A stretch of DNA of 53,798 bases, taken from an uncultured Roseivirgaceae bacterium (GTDB lineage Bacteria; Bacteroidota; Bacteroidia; Cytophagales; Cyclobacteriaceae). Location of the stretch: assembly GCA_964437135.1 (NCBI GenBank), contig CAYTFO010000001.1, positions 1-53,798 of the forward strand, in the 5' to 3' direction. Below the pieces are notes generated by a model. The model worked only from the letters and a program-made list of their open reading frames with translations, had not been told where the DNA came from and did not search any database. Each line of letters starts with the position of its first letter. Position 1 is the first letter of the stretch. Below, in pieces: positions 9,501 through 15,338 of the stretch. Position numbers and translations under genes: made by a program.

Positions 9501-10167
9501 CACCATCATTGTCCATATCTGCAACCTTGGCATCCTCGGAATCTCGTAGTTCAAATGGGGTAAAGTCAGGAACAAATTTCCGGGTAGGAAGCGCAGGTGC
9601 CTGGGGTAAACCAACAACTGTTACGGTTTCTGCTCCCAAAGAGTTCAGTGATGCATCCTGGAATTCAACGTTTAAAGTAGCACGTCCGTATTTCCACAAA
9701 TCATCAGCAACCACCAACTGGTCACCGTTCACAATGGTAAATAAAGCATTATCATTGGAGGCACTGTTTGTGAAAGTATAAGGGGCTCCGTTTCCACCGG
9801 TAATGGTTCCGATCACTGTACCTCGCTCAGCATAAGCATCAACAGTATTGTTGGTTATCGCCATTAGCTTTTCAGCAGATTCAGACTTTGCAGAATGAAA
9901 TCTTTCAAAAGTTTCAGCTTTTAGGCCTTTTGTTGCAAAAATTAGTAATGCTGAAACAGCAGGAATCGAATATTTTCGAAAACTGGAACATTCCGAATTA
10001 CCTAGTTTTTGCTCATATTTTTTAAGCCTGCTAAAAAGCATTCTTCTTTTTCTTCCGGAATATCTCCAGAAGTTGCCATTTAAGAGGCTTTTGTAAAGTC
10101 TTTTGTAAAGTTTTAAATAGGTATATTCCGATACCTTCTGAAATGAGGAAAGACCACTATTTTTCAT
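3550..10167 (-). CDS. Giant (2205 aa) adhesin-like T9SS cargo protein with FG-GAP/VCBS repeats, cadherin-like domains, LRR-like plus Ig-like modules, a CarboxypepD_reg-like domain and a T9SS C-terminal sorting domain
   Basis: Uninterrupted 6.6-kb ORF. It carries many calcium-binding-type D-x-D-x-DGD-x-D repeats (DMDNDGDLDIVV, VDLDNDGNLDIVIAG, ADFDGDGDLDVFVS, VDIDNDGDIDVFMS and others). Three repeats have the pattern L.Y.HDGSETTSDSF.F.V.DG. There is one cadherin-like NDNPPVI...ENT..GT segment. Two modules resemble LNL..NGLTGD and DLSDNNLSGLP. The C-terminus ends ...VYPNPADESFTLKY...GIYILRF....YKVVVKH. An alternative start is Met43 at 10041. Confidence 0.9.
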   Translation of the reverse strand: MKNSGLSSFQKVSEYTYLKLYKRLYKSLLNGNFWRYSGRKRRMLFSRLKKYEQKLGNSECSSFRKYSIPAVSALLIFATKGLKAETFERFHSAKSESAEKLMAITNNTVDAYAERGTVIGTITGGNGAPYTFTNSASNDNALFTIVNGDQLVVADDLWKYGRATLNVEFQDASLNSLGAETVTVVGLPQAPALPTRKFVPDFTPFELRDSEDAKVADMDNDGDLDIVVLQDTAFTIYYNFGDGTFPTKNDFAAGSRYDDASEIEIVDLDNDGNLDIVIAGNFGTSGSFNNEYPVFFNEGGGVFSNEGGGDLSSVYWDRVKVADFDNDGDFDILVKPVFSNPIQIFANYGARNFVQVPQVYVGISSYNIYFIDGIGDFDKDGDVDVAVSGYFSGYGEAVFVYSNNGYLLSDPNSKFSLTPTDTISTRYTEATTFFDFDGDGDLDMTQGTYESSGYATFKNGDAPLGFYDFGNPFTYDDVYWTAAGDYDGDGDVDLFASNKYFGPGGEEELLTIHANDGNGNFGPPEFVIDLPTRSYRVSEIIPADFDGDGDLDVFVSFRYAFSSENMIFFNEDQNPISSVSLDNNTVNYLSMKGTQVGSLSFTEPDGDDVFFRMSDNSSGNGPQNGFFTTTTDGRLILNQELNRFPGSSMQIEVEAYDQFGDVFQQVFTIDIQGSPSFNSLGTFFTQGFGLGVDTYFDGGDFYDYDNDGDLDVIASDNSNIFVINNDGPNQFTAVDTLFANGNFNTIYDIAVADYDLDGDGDILLSKDEYSTTELFINNGVDFLAQNITTNGTKYSNVWVDFDRDGDLDFFGGGSRFGTQGVVTYVNDLGFLYSNGGTFINSSGYSIRTLRSTDFDNDGDTDLAFVAGNFVRMFDVVPSAYGSYGNQIGELITESFNLDMEIADVNGDGFQDVVTTEKVMFYNESNGNFVEGGQTFSAAFFGGSYPDQIELADMDGDGDIDMFLSAYSGEHKLLLNDGNGTFSDSGLIFGTPNYTDKLIAVDIDNDGDIDVFMSNSYEGIGERDSIAFNTQPISLGNSAFTVGEGDTLTLSASNIIAVDLDTPPEFRTFTLETTPVNGNILLDDVPLNIGQSFTQGDVETGRVKYGHDDSRTTSDTFNFAISDGFTSIAGQTATISVTLANEEAPVEQTNTGITVTEGFLLEIETSNLEYSDFDSPVSALTYNVQTAPAHGILVISPDLVTPVTSFTQLDINNGNLLYQHDGSETTSDSFNFNVTDGLNTAVSSTFNITVNPANDSPEEINNTGLVMDEGESLVITPDLLLYTDPDNDSTELIYSVTSAADFGQFENIGDPGTPISSFSQADIDNNEIVFFHDDSENFTDQATLSLTDGAINITGIAINITINPVNDNPPVIDPAGPFEVPENTDIGTLVGTPITFTDIDAEPATDYTYSIVEPVPFSIDTAGQIRTTGAIDFQAAASYDLTILVNDGVQNSAGEVVTINVEKSQLESDSTMLIALYNANGGGEWTNNSGWLSGDLDSWFGVTVTGGAVTALNLTLNGLTGDFDISGDGLDSLTTLNISSNKIETVIGIESKTVLTTVNIADNELDFADLTDGVLSGSYDITYSPQKPALDPLRELVQIGSDYVVDRTVPGGETYVWLRDGAAIGETTSSFTIPITDFSDEAEYIAQVTNSSAPELTITTDPINIIVSSLERDSASLRIVYAAIVNPSSSISDWTSTPIADWAEVTIANNRVTELNLENTGVSGDVPIELADVEGLTSIDLSDNNLSGLPNFTGTLTNVTSFDITNNDFEFDDLDPNAARTGLDFNPQNPKSVASNSVVIEQGTAFELSEPIEGAEEYQWKLQPYRAETLPANIAGATSDTYGVSEINFEDMGNYTLTATSSATEAIDPNFEIVTEPIEVLATADIFGVVVDPRTNIGLTVGSMQAFETIKGQPYDTVQTVSVTAGEFRVENLILGNYVCITEVLNNEEFVPTYVGNTEDWILADTLEVRSDFEVPEGTYTMILRPDDFVEGPGTLDMLVESDFAEEDARIEARRRVRKAGCSLRRRVTGGGGRIGQNDDEYVLVAYKETDDQGNVSFGNIPPGFYRINIQYPGVPMDETSNIDFEIEEGRETEFDANVTVTEEGISVELQLVLSIIREYFTDLQVYPNPADESFTLKYKQLISENVQMQMFSLSGSIVKEIEMQNGFDQEIEVRTQELEEGIYILRFVDDKSGESVMTYKVVVKH
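3553..3815 (-). other. T9SS type A C-terminal sorting domain (CTD) of the giant protein
   Basis: The last ~85 aa match the classic Por-secretion tail pattern: VYPNPA..., then F.L.G..V, then GIYILR near the end. Confidence 0.75.
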
Positions 10168-10325
10168 GGTTCTAGATGGTTTGTTCTTGTTTCTGTTTGT
10201 CTGTGCTGGAAGGGTTGTATCAATCAGAAAAAAATAGACTACCTACAACATCTTAAAAATAATAATTTTTATTGCGAAATGGTATAAATTATTGACTTTT
10301 AACGTGAGATTATTTTTGAGGTTTT

Positions 10326-11069
10326 TTAATCGAGTACTTTTTTTCGATTGCTGAAAACATATTCAAACCGTGCCAGCTGTTGTTTTTCAGACAGACTATA
10401 CTGATACCCAAAATTATGATCATGATCATGCTGGCTCCGTCTGATACCCCGTATCCTGTTTTTTTCCAGTATATATTTTTCGCTCAGATATCTGTAATGT
10501 AATAATTTGATCCTGGGATCTTTCCAATACATCTTAACTATGCCCTCAGGGATAGCATAATGAGCTCCTGGTGAATAGTTGATATTTTCGATTTTATTGG
10601 GATCAAACAATACCATTTTATCATATTCAAAATTTCTGGCCCCCTCTTTTACCTGGTCAAATATGGGTAACCCATGTTGAGGTTCCTTTTTCGAAATCAT
10701 GTCAAACCCGATAGGACGCACTACGGAAAATTGGTTTTGCTTGAGATGATTTAAAAATAATACCGGATTTTTGATATATAGAAATTCATCAAAATCACAC
10801 ATAATTACAAAATCAGCTTTTCCCCTGCTGTTTTTCCACACAGTATTTCTTCTGGTGGTGAGTTCAGATTCCCGCATTTCATTTTCTGAGTCAAATTCCT
10901 TTCTAAAAACGTTTGGATATTTAACCAGTAAAGCAGCTGAATTATCTGTTGATTTGTTGTCCAAAACCACTATCTTATCCACCCATTTGAGATAATAATC
11001 CATAAAAAATGGAATTATGAATTCTTCATTGAAGCATAATGTATAAAGATGAACGATCGGTTTTTCCAT
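10326..11069 (-). CDS. Small GT2-like glycosyltransferase (Glyco_tranf_2_4-like)
   Basis: Begins MEKPIVHLYTLCFNEEFIIPFFMDYYLKWVDKIVVLDNKSTDNS, followed by a D-x-D-like CDFDEF motif. No signal peptide. The track extends to a GTG at 11150; ATG at 11069 fits the family N-terminus better. Confidence 0.65.
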   Translation of the reverse strand: MEKPIVHLYTLCFNEEFIIPFFMDYYLKWVDKIVVLDNKSTDNSAALLVKYPNVFRKEFDSENEMRESELTTRRNTVWKNSRGKADFVIMCDFDEFLYIKNPVLFLNHLKQNQFSVVRPIGFDMISKKEPQHGLPIFDQVKEGARNFEYDKMVLFDPNKIENINYSPGAHYAIPEGIVKMYWKDPRIKLLHYRYLSEKYILEKNRIRGIRRSQHDHDHNFGYQYSLSEKQQLARFEYVFSNRKKVLD

Positions 11070-11077
11070 AGAAAAAG

Positions 11078-12970
11078 ATGATTGATAATAAACTAGAAAA
11101 AGCAATTCAACTTCTTGAAAATAATGTTTTTGATCCGAATAACAAGTCACGAATCAAAGCATTATTCGATTTCCTTAGAAAATCACAGACATTCGAAAAG
11201 GAACTAACACTCATAAAGTCAGCAGATTCTGTGCAATATTACACCCGAGCTGCCAATTGCATTGCTTTCCTCTGGGATTCGGAAGAAGTGATCATCAATC
11301 GTGAGGAATATGTTCGACTAATTCCCTACGTGAACCAGATCAACTATATCTTTTTTCTGAGTGGCTTCGAAACTCCTGAAGTTTTGATCAACAGAATCCG
11401 TTCCAGAGCTATTAATAAACAAGGTAATCAATTGAATTTTGCTAATGAAAATCTTGCTCATAAATACCTTTTGTTGACAGGTCCGTTTTCTTCTCAACAC
11501 ACCCTTGATTTGTCCGAAATGTTCAAAAGACAACCCCATGGGGTCTTTAGTCTGCTACTGCAACATCTTTCTTTGCGATTATATGCCTTTGAAAAAGTAT
11601 TTAAAAATCAGCAGGAACTCATAAATGCCCTTAGCCAAACTGTTAATGTAAACCCTAATGTTAATAATGTTCTGAATATACATTTACTCTGGGCCATCAG
11701 TAGCTATTGGGATGAAGATTTAAATGTAAAGGTAAAAACCAGCCTCAATACTATTTTGGAAGATACATTTACTAAAGCAAAAGTTTCAACTGAACCTGTC
11801 AATAGACATATAAAGCTGGAGAAAAACACAAAGCCAAAGCTTATGATTGTGGCAGAAGCACTGAACAAAGAACATGTGATGTTTAGATGCTTTGGGCCCT
11901 CATTGATAAAGCTAAAAGAAAACTTTGAATTAATAGTTATAACCGCAAAAGAAGATTTGGGAGAAAAAGAATGGGATTGGGTAGATGACCTATATACATT
12001 TTCAGTGCGAGAATTTGCTTTAAACATTCAAAAAGACAGAATACAAAAAATTGCACCGGATATAATTCTGTATCCAAGCATTGGAATGAAATTATGGACG
12101 ATTCTGATGTCTCGTTTTAGGTTAGCGCCGTTGCAGATTTCCATGTTGGGTCATCCTGATTTTCATTATTCCAATAATATAGATTACCTCATAGGAGGCA
12201 AAGGTCTCTTTTCGGAAAAATATGCGAATGATGAAAACATCGTCCCTTTTTCAGGTTCAAGCGGAAGTCTTTTTGATATTTCCAATATTAACCTATTCAA
12301 TTCTCATAGCCCGGGCATAAAATCAGGGGATTCATTATCAGATAAAGAAAATTTTGAAGACCCTAATTCAAAAAAGCCGATTTCAGCATTGAAAGTGATC
12401 ATCTGTGCAAATATCTTCAAGTTCAATTATCATTTTGGTCAGGTACTTAAGAAAATAAAAGAACAAAGTGATTGTCCGTTTGAATTTCATATTTTACAAA
12501 ACCTCACTGGTTTGCATTTTCAGATTGGAAAAAAACAAATCAAAAGGATTTTGGGAGAAGAACGAGTTTTTGTCTATCCCAGATTAGTTTTTAGGGACTA
12601 TGTTTCACTTCTAAAGTCAGGGGATATTTATTTAAGCCCATTTCCATTTGGAGGTGAGAATAGCACACTTGATGCTTTATTGGCAGGACTTCCTGTTATT
12701 GCAAAGACTGGATCAACTCCCAGGGAATTGCTGGATTATCGGGTTTTAAAGCAAGCGGGACTTGAGATTGAATACTGTCATGAAACTGATGAACAATATA
12801 TCAACCATGCACTCCAGCTGATAAATTCACCTGAATTATTAGAAGCAGCTAAAAAGAAGATAAAGCCGGAGACCATTGCCCAAATATTTAAAAAAGAGAC
12901 GGAATCAAATGCGGGTGAACTAAATCAGGTGATTACTACTCTTTATCAGAAGCACTTAGAAAGGTCCTGA
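11078..12970 (+). CDS. TPR-less GT41-family glycosyltransferase, HMW1C/NGT-like (candidate cytoplasmic protein N-glycosyltransferase)
   Basis: 630 aa with no signal peptide. The N-terminal ~250 aa look helical. Block YPSIGMKLWTILMSRFRLAPLQISMLGHP....NIDYLI resembles the PSIGM..T......RLAPIQ...LGHP block of NGT/HMW1C as I recall it. Block SPFPFGGENSTLDALLAGLPVIAKTG...GL......T.DEY resembles NPFPFGNTNG..D....GL....KTG. The same blocks are shared more loosely with SPINDLY/OGT GT41 enzymes. Confidence 0.6.
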   Translation: MIDNKLEKAIQLLENNVFDPNNKSRIKALFDFLRKSQTFEKELTLIKSADSVQYYTRAANCIAFLWDSEEVIINREEYVRLIPYVNQINYIFFLSGFETPEVLINRIRSRAINKQGNQLNFANENLAHKYLLLTGPFSSQHTLDLSEMFKRQPHGVFSLLLQHLSLRLYAFEKVFKNQQELINALSQTVNVNPNVNNVLNIHLLWAISSYWDEDLNVKVKTSLNTILEDTFTKAKVSTEPVNRHIKLEKNTKPKLMIVAEALNKEHVMFRCFGPSLIKLKENFELIVITAKEDLGEKEWDWVDDLYTFSVREFALNIQKDRIQKIAPDIILYPSIGMKLWTILMSRFRLAPLQISMLGHPDFHYSNNIDYLIGGKGLFSEKYANDENIVPFSGSSGSLFDISNINLFNSHSPGIKSGDSLSDKENFEDPNSKKPISALKVIICANIFKFNYHFGQVLKKIKEQSDCPFEFHILQNLTGLHFQIGKKQIKRILGEERVFVYPRLVFRDYVSLLKSGDIYLSPFPFGGENSTLDALLAGLPVIAKTGSTPRELLDYRVLKQAGLEIEYCHETDEQYINHALQLINSPELLEAAKKKIKPETIAQIFKKETESNAGELNQVITTLYQKHLERS

Positions 12971-12973
12971 TAA

Positions 12974-13405
12974 TTAGATTGACCTGGGCCATTTAATAGA
13001 AGTGTAGAGGATCATTCCAAATACAAAAAGCTCTACAAAATTATATAGAACAAAGAAGGTTCTCCATTCACTACCAATTTCGGCAACGATAATTAGGATG
13101 GAAATTAGTGCATAAATGATTCCAAAAACTATATTCAATACTCGGTTGAGTACCGGTTTCATCAAAGCGGACCCGGCAATCATCATGGCAGGGATGATTA
13201 ATAGAATGGAAAACCCAATGAGAATTCCGGGACTTGTAGGTCCTACTGGAGTCTCAAGAGACATCATTTCCTGAATGGAGTTGGGAGTCATTAGGTTAAA
13301 AAAATCAGCATAAATGTATAAGGCAATTATTGTTGCCCACATAAAACCAAGTTTGATTTTTGGATTTACTGAGAAATCCTGAAATTGACCTTTTGAAGTA
13401 TTCAT
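12974..13405 (-). CDS. Hypothetical 4-TM membrane protein (DUF6326-like)
   Basis: 143 aa with four hydrophobic helices. The motif FMWATIIALYIYADFFNLM recalls DUF6326 proteins. Confidence 0.45.
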   Translation of the reverse strand: MNTSKGQFQDFSVNPKIKLGFMWATIIALYIYADFFNLMTPNSIQEMMSLETPVGPTSPGILIGFSILLIIPAMMIAGSALMKPVLNRVLNIVFGIIYALISILIIVAEIGSEWRTFFVLYNFVELFVFGMILYTSIKWPRSI

Positions 13406-13482
13406 TTTAATCCTTTTTTATTTGATGAAGTAAAAGCGGTGTAGGTTGCATGACTGGATTTCAGTTTCTTTTTTTGATGTTA

Positions 13483-13866
13483 TTAAGTCTTATTATTAAT
13501 CATGGCAAAACGAATCTCAGCTTGTACCAAAATCAGGACAATGATAATCTCACCAAGAAAATACCCAATTCCCCAAATTGTAAGCTGTTCAAAAAGAAGA
13601 AAAATAAGGCTGAGAGTAATTAAACAGTAGATTGAATTGATAATTGCGATAATTTTAAGCAGGTTATTTTGATGCGCCTTCGCGAACAAAAAGCAGGAAA
13701 AAGAATAAAGAGCAAAAACAGCAGCCGCCAATGCCAGAGGGATAAGATAGTTTTTCGGCATACCGAAGAATGATTCAAATCTGGTCAGAACCTGACTCAA
13801 CAAAAGCGCCGTTGTAATAGCTCCCAAAGCATCTATTAAAAACAGTTTTTTAGCGGTTATTTTCAT
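13483..13866 (-). CDS. Hypothetical 4-TM membrane protein
   Basis: 127 aa, almost entirely hydrophobic helices. Its start overlaps the stop of the upstream ORF by 1 nt. Confidence 0.45.
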   Translation of the reverse strand: MKITAKKLFLIDALGAITTALLLSQVLTRFESFFGMPKNYLIPLALAAAVFALYSFSCFLFAKAHQNNLLKIIAIINSIYCLITLSLIFLLFEQLTIWGIGYFLGEIIIVLILVQAEIRFAMINNKT

Positions 13867-14048
13867 TACTGTTCAATTGATACCGCCTGAAATTCCACTA
13901 ATTCTCCTGCTTCAAGAGTAAAACTAATCTCGATAGGATTGCAACAAACCTCACAGTCTTCAATGTAGGTTTGTGAACGAACAACTGTCTCTAGAATCAT
14001 CGATATCTCTGCTCCGCAGTATGGACATGAAAAGAAATGTTCTAACAT
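13866..14048 (-). CDS. CPXCG-motif cysteine-rich (zinc-ribbon-like) small protein
   Basis: 60 aa with a CPYCG ... CEVCCNPI four-cysteine arrangement typical of the CPXCG family. Confidence 0.7.
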   Translation of the reverse strand: MLEHFFSCPYCGAEISMILETVVRSQTYIEDCEVCCNPIEISFTLEAGELVEFQAVSIEQ

Positions 14049-14109
14049 ATCATTTCAAATAAAGAATCTGGATAAATGTTTTTCCTTTCGTAGAATTTAA
14101 AATTAATGA

Positions 14110-15030
14110 TCAAACATTAACCGATTCGATTGCTTTTTGAATAATATCAGCGGATTTCAATAAATTTTCTTTTTCTTCATCTTCCATCAACATCTCCAGC
14201 ACCTCCTCAACTCCATCAGCAGAGACAAGGCTAGGTAAGGAAATAGCTAGATCATGCAATCCATGAGTTCCTGAAAGAACCGTGCAAACATTTATTATTC
14301 TCCTTTCTCCTCTTAAAAGCCATTTTAGGAGTGTGGCAGTTACCAGTCCAATAGCATGGTTGGTAGCTCCTTTTCTTTGGATGATTTCATATGCTGCTTT
14401 TTTAACATTCAGCCCGATTTCTTCCTCGTATTCTTGTTTCCAATCCGGCCAGTTTCTCAGACTCACCCCACCCATACTTGCTCTCGACCAAAGCACAACC
14501 TCACTGTCTCCATGTTCACCCACAACCTGTGCATGGACGCTTTTTGGGTCAATATTCAACCTTTTGCCAATCATTTCACGTAAACGGGCTGTATCCAGCA
14601 TAGTACCTGTTCCGATTACTTTACTGGAAGGAAGACCCGTAAACTTTTGATAAAAATAGGTTAGCACATCCACCGGATTTGCCACGATGATCAGGAGCCC
14701 CTTAAATCCTTTTAATCTTCCTGAAATATTTTTGGCAATTTTTACATTATCATTGAGTAGATCCAATCTGGTTTCTCCCGGTTTTCCGCCTCTGCCAGCA
14801 GTAATGACAATAGCATTACAGTCAATCATATCTTCTATTGACCCTGAAACTACATCCACAGAAGTGGTAAAGGGAGAACCGTGATTCATGTCCATCGCCT
14901 CGCCTTCAGCTATTTCGTTTCTTACATCATTGACGATGAGTTTATTGCAAATTCCTTTATGGATGATGGAGATCGCTACACTTGCTCCGACCCATCCCAT
15001 TCCGATAATTCCGATTGAATTTTTAGCCAT
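14110..15030 (-). CDS. ldh: L-lactate/2-hydroxyacid dehydrogenase (LDH/MDH superfamily, LDH-like)
   Basis: NAD-binding fold IGIIGMGWVGAS, catalytic block VGEHGDSEV, and DTARLR. The specificity loop reads AGRGGKPGETRLDL instead of the canonical AG..QKPGETRLDL. Confidence 0.75.
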   Translation of the reverse strand: MAKNSIGIIGMGWVGASVAISIIHKGICNKLIVNDVRNEIAEGEAMDMNHGSPFTTSVDVVSGSIEDMIDCNAIVITAGRGGKPGETRLDLLNDNVKIAKNISGRLKGFKGLLIIVANPVDVLTYFYQKFTGLPSSKVIGTGTMLDTARLREMIGKRLNIDPKSVHAQVVGEHGDSEVVLWSRASMGGVSLRNWPDWKQEYEEEIGLNVKKAAYEIIQRKGATNHAIGLVTATLLKWLLRGERRIINVCTVLSGTHGLHDLAISLPSLVSADGVEEVLEMLMEDEEKENLLKSADIIQKAIESVNV

Positions 15031-15338
15031 TTCTGTTAGTATTTCAAATTATAAAAGTTAGTACTTTAATAATTGCAATCCGAATTTAAATATTAAGGTT
15101 TAGATAATTAATTGTTTTGTAATGAAGTAAAAGACGATCAGGTGTGTCACCTGTAAGCTGGTATACTAGTATGCTGGTTCTCCGGTATTTGTTGGTAGAT
15201 GGGATGTACTGCTATATCATTGAAGTTCTGTTAAAGATGCAGAGTTTCCGGTTGTATCTCCGTGTTAAAAAACACTTTGTATGATAAGGACAAGTCCCTT
15301 TCTTGAAAATTGAAGACTAAAAAACCGAAAACTAAACT

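Noticed and set aside
4131-9781. Numerous 60-190-aa ORFs on the plus strand inside the giant gene, for example 6629..7192, 4814..5131, 8459..8713 and 9509..9781
   Set aside because: They lie antisense to a continuous 6.6-kb ORF with clear domain content. Their translations are low-complexity Ser/Pro/Val-rich strings typical of the reverse frame of Asp/Gly/Thr-rich repeats. There is no independent evidence for them.
15171-15278. 35-codon ATG ORF in the lipA/ldh spacer
   Set aside because: It has no recognisable features or coupling, the peptide is hydrophobic and basic and looks random, and its plus-strand orientation opposes both neighbours. I mention it only as part of the spacer observation.
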